A stretch of DNA of 64,000 nt from an uncultured Alphaproteobacteria bacterium (GTDB taxonomy: Bacteria; Pseudomonadota; Alphaproteobacteria; Acetobacterales; Acetobacteraceae), in assembly GCA_963705035.1 (NCBI GenBank), contig CAVPIQ010000002.1:386662-450661 (forward strand). Reading direction: 5' to 3'. The translations under genes and the position numbers were made by a program. The notes beneath the pieces were generated by a model that was not told where the DNA came from, searched no databases, and saw only the letters and a list, made by a program, of their open reading frames with translations. Positions 52,692-61,926 of the stretch are shown one piece after another; position 1 is the first letter of the stretch; every line of letters starts with the position of its first letter.

Positions 52692-53489
52692 TCAGGCGTC
52701 CTTCCAGTGCGGCGCCCGTTTCTCGAAGAACGCGTCGATTCCCTCGGCGGCGTCGTCGGCGAGCATGTTGCAGGTCATGACGGAGGCCGTGTAGCGGTAC
52801 GCCTCGTCCAGCCCCATTTCCGCCTGCCGGTAGAACGCCTCCTTGCCGAGGCCGATCGCGCGCCGGCTCTTCGCGGCGATCGCGGCGGCGAGCGCGCGCA
52901 CCGCCTCGTCCAGCGCCTCGGGCGCGACCACTGTGTTGACCAGCCCGATCTCGCGCGCGCGATGCGCGTCGACCATGGCGCCGGTGAACAGCATCTCCAG
53001 CGCCGCCTTCCGCCCCACCACGCGCGACAGTGCCACCATCGGCGTCGAGCAGAACAGGCCGACGTTGATGCCCGACACCGCGAACTGCGCGGCGGTGCTG
53101 GCGACCGCGAGATCGCAGCTCGCGACGAGCTGGCAGCCGGCGGCGGTCGCGATGCCGTGCACGCGCGCGATCACCGGCTGCGGCTGGCGCACGATCTGCG
53201 TCATCAGCGCCGAGCACTGCGCGAACAGCCGGTCGAGAAACCCCTGGTCGCGGTTGGCGCGCATCTCGCGCAGGTCGTGCCCGCCGCAGAAGCCCGGGCC
53301 GGCGCCGGCGATCACGACCACGCGCACGCTCGCGTCGCGGCCGATTTCGGTCAGCGCCGCCTGCAGCCGGCCCATCATCTCCGAGGAGAGGGCGTTGCGC
53401 GCCGCCGGGCGGTTGAGCGTGAGCCACGCTACGCCGGCCTCGTCATGCCGCAGCAGGGGCGCGGTTTCGACCGGGGTCTGGATGTTCAT
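52692..53489 (-). CDS. enoyl-CoA hydratase/isomerase (crotonase family)
   Basis: Intact 265 aa from ATG 53489: VAWLTLNRPAARNALSSEMM...VVVIAGAGPGFCGGHDLRE...VHGIATAAGCQLVASCDLAVAS...EGIDAFFEKRAPHW. Confidence 0.9.
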   Translation of the reverse strand: MNIQTPVETAPLLRHDEAGVAWLTLNRPAARNALSSEMMGRLQAALTEIGRDASVRVVVIAGAGPGFCGGHDLREMRANRDQGFLDRLFAQCSALMTQIVRQPQPVIARVHGIATAAGCQLVASCDLAVASTAAQFAVSGINVGLFCSTPMVALSRVVGRKAALEMLFTGAMVDAHRAREIGLVNTVVAPEALDEAVRALAAAIAAKSRRAIGLGKEAFYRQAEMGLDEAYRYTASVMTCNMLADDAAEGIDAFFEKRAPHWKDA

Positions 53490-53597
53490 TTGGCGGGCCT
53501 CCTCGCTGTATCGTCGCTCTTTCCCGACCGCGGTCCAAGTCCCTTCCGCGCCGGGCAAGGCAGACCTACGTTGCAGGAGAGAGCAAGGGGGAAAGCG

Positions 53598-54611
53598 ATG
53601 CAATCGCAACTGTTCGGCCGCATGCCGGATGGCACGGCCGTGCAAGCGTTCACGCTCGGCCGCGCCGGCGGGCTCAGCGCCACCGTCACGCAATATGGCG
53701 CCCGGCTGACCGCGCTCGAGGTGCCGGTGGCCGCGGGGACGCGCAACATCGTGCTCGGCCACACCGACTTCGCGTCCTACCTGGCCGACCACGCCCATCT
53801 CGGCGCCGTCGCCGGGCGCTATGCCAACCGCATCCGCGGCGCCCGGTTCGTGCTGGACGGGCGAGAGGTGCGGCTGCCCGCCAACGCCGGCGCCAACACG
53901 CTGCACGGCGGCCCGCACGGCTTCGGCACGCTGGTGTGGGAGGCGGCGTCGGACGGGGAGGACGTGGTGCTGACGCTCACCAGCCCCGACGGCGACCAGG
54001 GGTTTCCCGGCCGGCTTGAGGTCAGCGTGCGCTACGCGATCGCCGACGACACGCTGAGCATCGACTACATGGCCCGCACCGACGCGCCGACCGTGATCAA
54101 CCTCACCAACCATGCCTATTTCAACCTCGCCGGCGCGGGCACGGTGCTCGATCACGAGCTGACCATCGCGGCGGACGCGTTCCTGCCGGTGGATGTGACC
54201 CTGATCCCGACCGGTGAGCGGCGGGCGGTTGCCGGCACGCCGTTCGATTTCCGCACGCCGATGGCGATCGGCGCGCGCATCGACGCCGATGACGCGCAGC
54301 TTCGCCTCGGCGGCGGCTACGACCACTGCTTCATCCTCGCCGGCGCGCCGCGCGCCGCACCCGCCCTCGCGGCCCGGGTCGCGGCGGGAGGGATCACGCT
54401 CGAGGTGCTGACCACCGAGCCCGCGGTGCAGCTCTACACCGGCAACGGGCTGAACGGGGCGCCGTTCGCGCGGCGGACCGGGCTTTGCCTGGAGACGCAG
54501 CACTTCCCCGACAGTCCCAACCACCCGGATTTCCCCTCGACCGTCCTGCGCCCGGGCGAAACCTTCCGCTCGCGCACCGCGTTACGTTGCGTGGGCATCG
54601 GGACCGGCTGA
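53598..54611 (+). CDS. aldose 1-epimerase (galactose mutarotase)
   Basis: Intact 337 aa: GAVAGRYANRIRGARFVLDGREVRLPANAGANTLHGGPHGF...SPDGDQGFPGRLEVSVRY...INLTNHAYFNL...GYDHCF...GLCLETQHFPDSPNHPDFPS. Confidence 0.9.
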   Translation: MQSQLFGRMPDGTAVQAFTLGRAGGLSATVTQYGARLTALEVPVAAGTRNIVLGHTDFASYLADHAHLGAVAGRYANRIRGARFVLDGREVRLPANAGANTLHGGPHGFGTLVWEAASDGEDVVLTLTSPDGDQGFPGRLEVSVRYAIADDTLSIDYMARTDAPTVINLTNHAYFNLAGAGTVLDHELTIAADAFLPVDVTLIPTGERRAVAGTPFDFRTPMAIGARIDADDAQLRLGGGYDHCFILAGAPRAAPALAARVAAGGITLEVLTTEPAVQLYTGNGLNGAPFARRTGLCLETQHFPDSPNHPDFPSTVLRPGETFRSRTALRCVGIGTG

Positions 54612-54843
54612 GGGGGAATGGGGCCCGGCCGCGTGCGGTCGGGTTCGCGCTAAGCGTTTTTCTTTGGTCAGGTCCTCTGGCGCAAGGCGCTCACGCGCTT
54701 TACGCTGGGCGCAAGCGATTCCGCGGCCCTGGAGGGATCCGGCCACCGCGGGCGCGCCCGCCCGTGACATCGGCTGCCGGCCGCGCCGCAGCGCATCGCA
54801 GCGACACAGGTGCAGCCCGCGCCACGACGAAGAGGACCTGCAG

Positions 54844-55200
54844 ATGGACCAAAACATGCCGCACGACCTGGCCGTGCAAACGCTGCGTGAAGTCATCGTC
54901 GCCCTGGTGCGGCGGGACGGCCCGGCACTCTCCGCCCACCAGCTGGCCGTCTACCTCACCTGCTACCTGAAGGACGGCAATCACACCGTCCGCGGCCTCG
55001 CTGCCGAACTCAACGTGTCGAAGTCGGTCATCACGCGCTCGCTCGACAAGCTCGGCGACATGGAGCTGGCGCGCCGCATCCCGGACCCGGCCGACCGGCG
55101 CAGCGTGCTGGTGGAGCGTACCGAGGCGGGGCACCAGTTGCTGAACGAACTGCGCAATATCGTCAGCAACGTCTCTCGCCCGGTGCGCGAGCGGCAGTGA
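54844..55200 (+). CDS. MarR-family transcriptional regulator
   Basis: Intact 118 aa: HTVRGLAAELNVSKSVITRSLDKLGDMELARRIPDPADRRSVLVERTEAGHQLL. Confidence 0.8.
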   Translation: MDQNMPHDLAVQTLREVIVALVRRDGPALSAHQLAVYLTCYLKDGNHTVRGLAAELNVSKSVITRSLDKLGDMELARRIPDPADRRSVLVERTEAGHQLLNELRNIVSNVSRPVRERQ

Positions 55201-55413
55201 CGTTCCCCTCCCCCGATTGCCGTCACGGATTTCGTCCGGCATAAGAGCGCAACAAAAGTGTCGTCCGGAGACGGGGAGGAAGACGTGAGGAAGCTGCTGC
55301 CGACGCTCGGCGCGCGCGAGGCCGGATCTGGCGGCGCATCGCCACCGGCAGGCTGATCACCGTCATCGCCCGTTGCCACCCGTCGCGCCGCCGCCGGCGC
55401 TGACGCCCGCCCC

Positions 55414-56607
55414 GTGACGCCGATGCCGAAGCGCGGGCTGGTCGTCACCGTGGTCGGCCTGTGCCAGATCTTCGCGTGGGGCAGCAGCTATTACCTGCCG
55501 GCGGTGCTCGCCGACCCGATTGCGCGCGACACCGGCTGGCCGCTCGCCTGGGTCCTCGGCGGGCTGTCGATCGGCCTGCTCGTCTCCGGCCTCGTCTCGC
55601 CCTTCGCCGGCCGCGCGATCGAGCGGGTCGGCGGCCGCCCGGTGCTGGCGGCGAGCGCGGTGCTGCTCGCGGCGGGCCTGCTGGCCCTGGCACTCGCGCC
55701 CACGCTGGCGGCCTATGCGGGCGCCTGGATCGTGATCGGGCTCGGCATGGGCGCCGGCCTCTACGACCCGGCATTCTCCACCCTCGGCCATCTCTATGGT
55801 GAGGAGGCGCGCCCGCTGATCACGGGCGTCACGCTGTGGGGCGGGTTCGCCAGCACCGTCTGCTGGCCGCTCTCCGCCCTGCTCGCCGCCCATTTCGGCT
55901 GGCGCGGTGCCTGCGCCGTCTACGCGGCGCTGCAGCTCGGCATGGTGCTGCCGCTCTATCTGTTCGGCCTGCCCCGGCCGGCGGCCGCGCCGCGGCCGCC
56001 GCAGCCGAAGCCGGTGGGCGCGCCGGTCGCACGAGGCGCGCCGTTCTGGCTGACGGCGATCGCGATGACGTTCGCGGCGCTCGTCATGACCATCATCTCC
56101 GTCGAGCTGCCGACCCTTCTGCGCGCGCGCGGCGCGGACGCGACCGCCGCGGTCGCCCTCGGCACGCTGCTCGGCCCGGCGCAGGTCGGCGCCCGGGCGA
56201 TCGAGTTCGTCGTCGGCCGCCGCGGGCATCCGGTCTGGACCATGCTCGCCGCGACCGTGCTGGTCGCGATCGGGCTCGCGGCCCTGCTGCTCGATCGCGC
56301 GTTCTTCGCGCTCGCGGTGATCATCTACGGCGCCGGCGGCGGCATCCGCTCGATCGCGCGCGGCACGCTGCCGCTGGCGCTGTTCGGCCGCGACGGCTAC
56401 CCGACGGTGATGGGCCGCCTCGCGATGCCGTCGCTGATCGCGCAGGCCGCGTCGCCGGTCCTGGGCGGGGCGATGCTGAGCGGCCTCGGCGCCGACACCA
56501 TGCTGCTCGCGGTGCTGGCGCTCGCCGGCGCGAACATCGTGCCGGTCCTGCTGCTGATCCCCTACGCCCGCACCGGCGCCCGAACCGGCGCCGCCGAACC
56601 CGGCTGA
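55414..56607 (+). CDS. MFS transporter
   Basis: Intact 397 aa with about 12 hydrophobic segments: LCQIFAWGSSYYLPAVLADPIARDTGW...GRAIERVGGRPVL. The start is GTG 55414 or ATG 55423. Confidence 0.8.
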   Translation: MTPMPKRGLVVTVVGLCQIFAWGSSYYLPAVLADPIARDTGWPLAWVLGGLSIGLLVSGLVSPFAGRAIERVGGRPVLAASAVLLAAGLLALALAPTLAAYAGAWIVIGLGMGAGLYDPAFSTLGHLYGEEARPLITGVTLWGGFASTVCWPLSALLAAHFGWRGACAVYAALQLGMVLPLYLFGLPRPAAAPRPPQPKPVGAPVARGAPFWLTAIAMTFAALVMTIISVELPTLLRARGADATAAVALGTLLGPAQVGARAIEFVVGRRGHPVWTMLAATVLVAIGLAALLLDRAFFALAVIIYGAGGGIRSIARGTLPLALFGRDGYPTVMGRLAMPSLIAQAASPVLGGAMLSGLGADTMLLAVLALAGANIVPVLLLIPYARTGARTGAAEPG

Positions 56608-56613
56608 GGCCCG

Positions 56614-57888
56614 CTACTCAGCCGCCGGCGCCGCGCGCATCCGCTGCGCCGTGCCCGGATGCTTGTGGAACGCGCCGTCCTTCATGATCATCATCAGCCG
56701 GTCGCGCTCCTGCATGATCCGCACGTCGCGCGTCGGGTCGCCATCGACGAGCAGCAGATCGGCCAGATAGCCCTCGCGCACCTGGCCGAGCTCCTCGCCC
56801 ATCATCTGGCCGCCGATCTTGGTGGCGCACGCCAGCGCCTCCGCCGGCGAATAGCCGAACAGGTTCACGAAGTGCTCGAGGTCGCGCGCGTTCGTCCCCT
56901 GCGGCGTCCAGGCGAACCCGTAGTCGCCGCCGATCACCACCCGCACGCCGCGCTTGCGCAGCGCGTGATAGGTGCGGCAGGCGATGTCGAGGTTGCGCTG
57001 CATGCCGAGGTTCGCGACCACTTCCGGCGTCATGCCGAACTCCGCCGCCTCGTGGATCGTGTTCCAGATCAGGCCGATCGCGGGGCCGACGAACACGCGC
57101 TCCTTCGCCGCCTCCAGCATGTCGAGCGCCTCTTCGTCGGCATGCTCGCAGTGGTAGATCACGTCGACGCCGCAGATCAGCGCGCGCTTCACCGATTCGC
57201 CCGCGCGCGAATGGCTGTTCACGCGCTTGCCGAAATCATGCGCGGTCTCCACCGCCGCGCGCACCTCCGCCTCGCTCATCACCGTCATCGCGCCCTTGGC
57301 GGGATTGACGAAGTCGTCGCCGGAGATGTTGACCTTGATGTTGTCGGTGCCCTCGCGGATGCAGATGCGCGCCGCGCGCCGCACCTCGTCCGGCCCGTTC
57401 GCGATCAGGCCGAAGCTGCTGCGCGTCTGGTGCGCCTGGTCCTCGTCGCCCAGCCCGCCGGTCACGGTGATCTCGGGGCTGGAGGCGCGCAGGCGCGGTC
57501 CCTTCGCGCGCCCGGCGTTGATCTCGTTGCGGGTGACGATGTCGAGCCGCAGCTTCGAGCTCGCGGCCGAATAGAGGCTGGTGAAGCCGTGATCGAGCAG
57601 CAGTTCCGCGTTGCGCATCGTGGCGAGCAGATGCTCCTCGGGCGGCACGTCGCCGAGGTCGGTGTTGCGCCGCGCGCCGCAGAAGCTGGGATGCGCGTGG
57701 CCCTCGACCATGCCGGGCATCAGCGTCATGCCCTGCGCGTCGATCACCTCGCAGCCGGCCGCCTGCAGGCTGGCGCCGGCATCGGCCACGGTGCGGATGC
57801 GGTTGCCACGGATGATGACCTCGCCGGGCCGCAACGCGCCGCCACTGCCGTCGAAAATCATTGCATTGCGAATATGGACGTCGGCCAT
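56614..57888 (-). CDS. metal-dependent amidohydrolase family protein
   Basis: Intact 424 aa: MADVHIRNAMIFDGSG...VIDAQGMTLMPGMVEGHAHPSF...IKVNISGDDF...HSRAGESV...IYHCEHADEE...LADLLLVDGDP. Confidence 0.85.
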   Translation of the reverse strand: MADVHIRNAMIFDGSGGALRPGEVIIRGNRIRTVADAGASLQAAGCEVIDAQGMTLMPGMVEGHAHPSFCGARRNTDLGDVPPEEHLLATMRNAELLLDHGFTSLYSAASSKLRLDIVTRNEINAGRAKGPRLRASSPEITVTGGLGDEDQAHQTRSSFGLIANGPDEVRRAARICIREGTDNIKVNISGDDFVNPAKGAMTVMSEAEVRAAVETAHDFGKRVNSHSRAGESVKRALICGVDVIYHCEHADEEALDMLEAAKERVFVGPAIGLIWNTIHEAAEFGMTPEVVANLGMQRNLDIACRTYHALRKRGVRVVIGGDYGFAWTPQGTNARDLEHFVNLFGYSPAEALACATKIGGQMMGEELGQVREGYLADLLLVDGDPTRDVRIMQERDRLMMIMKDGAFHKHPGTAQRMRAAPAAE

Positions 57889-57945
57889 GTCTGCCTCCCG
57901 ATCGCCGTCTTATTGGAAACGAGGGTAGGCGGACCGGCGGCGGCG

Positions 57946-59422
57946 TCAAGCGCGGGCAGCGCGCTCGGCCGGATACAGCGCGCGAAACCGCGCGAGCCGC
58001 GGGGCGTAGCGCGCCGCCCGCGTCGCGTCGGGGCGGAAGGTCTCGCGCACCGGCGGCGGCGCACAGACGCTCGCCTCGTCGCCGGCCCCGGCCGCGAGCA
58101 TCGCGAGCCGGGCCGCGCCGAGCGCCGCCCCGGTCTCCGCCCTCTCCGGCAGCGCGAGCGGCAGGCCGAGCACGTCGGCCAGCATCTGGCCCCAGAACGC
58201 GCTGCGGGCCCCGCCGCCCACCAGCATGCAGGAGGCGAGCGGCGCGCCCGCGTCCTTCAGCACCGCAGCACCGTCGGCGAGCGCGAACGCCACGCCTTCC
58301 AGCACCGCATAGACCAGCGCCTCCGCGCCGTGGCCCGCGCGCAGCCCGGCGAAGACGCCGCTCGCCTCGGGGTCGTTGTGCGGCGTGCGCTCGCCGTTGA
58401 GGTAGGGCAGGAACACCGGCGCCGTCGCCGCGTGGGCGGGCACCGCGGCCCAGGCGGTGGTGCGGTCCAGCAGCGCGCCGACATCCGCCGCCCCCAGCAC
58501 CTCCGCGATCCAGGCGAGCGAGGCGGCGGCGGAGAGGATGACGGACATGCCGTGCCAGCGCCCGGGCAGCGCGTGGCAGAATGCGTGCAGCGTGCGCTCG
58601 GGCGCCGCCACGAACCGGTTGGTCACCGCGAACACGACGCCCGAGGTGCCGAGCGACAGGAACCCCTCGCCGGCCCGGATCGCGCCGATGCCGACCGCCG
58701 AGGCGGCGTTGTCCCCGCCCCCGCCAGCGACCGGCACCGCGCTCACGCCCCATTCCGCGGCCAATGCCGGGGCAAGCATCGCCGAAACCTCGGAGCCCTC
58801 GACTAGCGCCGGCATATGGCGCCGATCCAGCCCGCAGGCGCCGAGCAGCGGCCCGTCCCAGGCCCTGCGCGGCGACGTTCAGCCACAGGGTCCCCGCGGC
58901 ATCCGACATATCGGACACCATCGCGCCGGTCAGGCGGAGGCGCACATAGTCCTTCGGCAGCAGCACGTATCGCGTGGCCGCGAACACCTCCGGCTCGTGC
59001 CGCCGCACCCAGAGCAGCTTCGGCGCGGTGAAGCCCGGGCATGGCGATATTGCCCGCGCGCGCCGTGAGGTCCGGCACCAGGCGGTGCAGCTCCGCGCAT
59101 CCGCCCCGCTGCGCCCGTCGTTCCACAGGATGGCCGGGCGCAGCACCCGCCCCGCGCCGTCGAGCAGCGTGGCGCCGTGCATCTGGCCGGACAGCCCGAT
59201 GCCGGCGCAGCGCCACCCATGCCCCGGCGCCGCCGCGCGCACCGCAGCGACCGCGGCGAGCGTCGCCTGCCACCAGTCTTCGGGGTCCTGCTCCGACCAC
59301 AGCGGATGCGGGCGCGACACGTCCAGCGGCGCCGAGGCGACCGCCGGCACACGCTGCGCCGCGTCGATCAGCAGCGCCTTGACCGAGGACGTGCCGACAT
59401 CAAGCCCGAGATAGCTCGCCAC
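57946..59422 (-). pseudogene. xylB: xylulokinase (FGGY family), about three frame changes
   Basis: The RBS GGGAGGA precedes GTG 59422. VASYLGLDVGTSSVKALLIDAAQ...PHPLWSEQDPEDWWQAT...GIGLSGQMHGATLLD...PAILWNDGRSGA is in ORF 57236..59512. Next come ECAELHRLVPDLTARAGNIAMPG and FTAPKLLWV...LPKDYVRLRLTG, then the C-terminal 289 aa in ORF 57946..58815 (GGGDNAASAVGIG...FLPYLNGERTPHNDP...GGGARSAFWGQMLADV). Confidence 0.8.
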
Positions 59423-59477
59423 TGATTCCTCCCTGCGGCCGGCGACGCGCCGCGGGAAGTGATAGCGGTGCGCCCGC

Positions 59478-59570
59478 GGCGCCTCAATCGCCGCGGCGCG
59501 AAGGCGCCTCAATCGCCGCGGCGCGAAGGCGCCTCAGTCGGTCCGGCGCGAAGGCGCCTCAATCGCCGAC
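59478..59570. repeat. 25-bp tandem repeat (about 3.7 copies)
   Basis: GGCGCCTCAATCGCCGCGGCGCGAA occurs twice (59478..59527). It is followed by GGCGCCTCAGTCGGTCCGGCGCGAA and then the partial GGCGCCTCAATCGCCGAC. The repeat covers the 3' tail of the upstream GT4 gene and lies 56 nt or more upstream of the xylB start. Confidence 0.9.
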
Positions 59571-60622
59571 AGCGCGCAAGCTGCGGGCGGCCGGCGTTGA
59601 TCAGGCGCTCGTAGACATCGACATAGTCCTCGGCCATGCGCCGCGCAGTGAAGCGCCGCTCGAACTGCTTGCGCACGTCGGCGCGGTCGATCGTGTCCAG
59701 CCGCGCCGCAGGCCGCGATCGCCTCCTCCAGGTTGTCCACGACGAAGCCGGTGACGCCGTCTTCCATCACCTCCGGCACCGAGCCGCGGCGGAACGCGAT
59801 CACCGGGCAGCCGCAGGCCATCGCCTCGATCATCACGAGGCCGAACGGCTCCGGCCAGTCGATCGGGAACAGCAGCGCCTTGGCGCCGGAGAGGAAGGCC
59901 GGCTTCTGGGCGTCGTTGATCTCGCCGATGAACTCGACATTGGCGTCGGCGAGCAGCGGCGCTACTTCCGCTTCGTAGTATTCGCGGTCGACCTTGTCGA
60001 CCTTCGCCGCGACCTTCAGCTTCACGCCGCAGGCGCTTGGCGATCCGGATCGCCCGCTCGATCCCCTTCTCCGGGCAGATCCGGCCGAGGAAGGCGAAAT
60101 AGCTCGGCTCCACATCAACCGGACGCAGCAGGTTCGCCGGCATGCCGTGATAGACCGTGCCGACCCAGTTGAGATCGGGCAGCGGCGCGCGCTGGCTGTC
60201 GGAGATCGACACCACCGGCGCCTGCGGGAACAGTCCGGTAGACGGCCGCGAACTCGGGCAGGTCGAGCCGGCCGTGCAGCGTGGTCACGAACGGCACCGA
60301 CTGGCGCGTGAACACGGAGTTCGGCCAGTAGTCGAGATGGAAGTGCAGCACGTCGAACTGCTGCGCGCGCTGGCGGACATACTCGATCATCAGCGCATAG
60401 GTCGCGACCCAGTCGCGCACGTCCGGATCGAGCCGCAGCGCGCGCGGCCACGGTCGGCATCCAGTTTCGCGCTCGTCACGGAATCGCCAGCTCGCGAACA
60501 GCGTCACGTCATGCCCGAGCGCGACCAGCTCCTCGGTCAGCGCCGACGACGACGCGTTCAGTGCCGCCATACAGCTTCGGCGGCACGGCCTCGAACAGTG
60601 GCGCAATCTGCGCGATGCGCAT
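59509..60622 (-). pseudogene. GT4-family glycosyltransferase, paralogue 1, several frame changes
   Basis: The fragments are MRIAQIAPLFEAVPPKLYGGTERVV, then [178 protein letters not shown] and RRMAEDYVDVYERLI. They are spread over three frames. Confidence 0.75.
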
Positions 60623-60727
60623 GGGCGGTTTCCCTCTCGGTTACACGCGGGACGGAACCCGCTCGACTGAACATCTATGCGGCGAACATGGCGAAAACGC
60701 GGCGCATGCTCCGGCGTTGCTTACGCT

Positions 60728-61787
60728 TTACGTACCCACCGCCCGCAGCTTCGGCCGCGCCGGACGCGCGAGGCGCTGGTAGAGCGCCACGTAGTCCTCG
60801 GCCATCCGCCACGCCGTCCAGCGCGTCTCGAACCGCTGGCGCACGGCAGCGCGGTCGATCGCGTCCAGCCGGCGCACGGCGCGCCGACCGCGCCGTCGAC
60901 ATCGTCCACGATGAAGCCGGTCACGCCTTCCTCCACGACTTCGGGCACCGAGCCGCGGCGGAAGGCGATCACCGGGCAGCCGCAGGCCATCGCCTCGATC
61001 ATGACGAGGCCGAACGGCTCCGGCCAGTCGATCGGGAACAGCAGCGCCCTCGGCGCCGGAGAGGAACGCCGGCTTCTGCGCGTCGTCGATTTCGCCGACG
61101 AACTCGACCGCATCGGCGCCGAGCAGCGGCGCGATGACATTCGCGTGGTACGCCGCATCCTCCTCGCCGATCTTCGCGGCGACCCTCAACTTGAGCCCGC
61201 GTGGCGCGGGCGATGCGGATCGCGTGCTCGATCCCCTTCTCGGGCGAGATGCGGCCGAGGAAGGCGAGGTAGTCCTGCTTCGCCGGCTGCGGCGTCAGCA
61301 GGTTGGCGGGCATGCCGTGATGGATCGTTCCGGCCCACCCCAGATGCGGCACCGGCGCGCGCTGTGCGTCGGAGATCGAGACCAGCGGCGCGGTCGGAAA
61401 CAGGTCGTAGATGCCGCGCACCCAGTCGCGGTCGAGCCGGCCGTGCAGCGTGCTCAGAAACGGCGTCGCCTGCCGCGAGAACAGCGAGAGCGGCCAGAAG
61501 TCGATATGAAAGTGCAGCACATCGAACTCGTGCGCCTCGCGTAACACCAGCTCCAGCAGCCGCATGTAGGGCGCGCCGTTCTCCTCGAAATTCGGCACGA
61601 AGCGCTGCGCCCGCTCGCGCGTCGCGACGAGCCGTGCCGAGGTCGTGGAATTGCCGGCGGCAAACAGGGTGACGTCGTGGCCCTGGGCGACCAGTGCCTC
61701 GGTCAGCCAGTGCACGACACGTTCGGTGCCACCGTAGCGGGGCGGCGGAACCGGCTCGAACAGGGGGGCGATCTGGGCAATGCGCAT
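60728..61787 (-). pseudogene. GT4-family glycosyltransferase, paralogue 2, several frame changes
   Basis: MRIAQIAPLFEPVPPPRYGGTERVVHWLTEALVAQGHDVTLFAAGNS...DVLHFHIDFWPLSLFSRQATPFLSTLHGRLD...LVSISDAQRAPVPHLGWAGTIHHGMPANLL is in ORF 60999..61970. Next come [46 protein letters not shown], then [49 protein letters not shown], then [14 protein letters not shown]. It is collinear with paralogue 1. Confidence 0.75.
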
Positions 61788-61926
61788 GACGCCGCAAACT
61801 GGGCTGTCTTCATGGCGAAAGCGCGGCGCTTTTTTCCGGGGCGGCCAAATTTGCGCCGCAATGCGGTCGTTGACTCCCCTGTCTCGGGTGGCCTCCCGTC
61901 GCCCGTGTGGAATAGAGAGCGCCGCA

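Noticed and set aside
51799-53427. 542-aa ORF extending the 293-aa hypothetical protein upstream across the crotonase gene
   Set aside because: The upstream ~250 codons are off-frame over an intact, recognisable enoyl-CoA hydratase (52692..53489). The start at ATG 52680 gives a sensible protein.
59478-59570. Tandem repeats here, at 16341..16390 and at 43873..43926 as CRISPR arrays
   Set aside because: The units are directly adjacent with no unique spacers. There are only 3-4 copies of 14-25 bp, and no cas genes are in the window.
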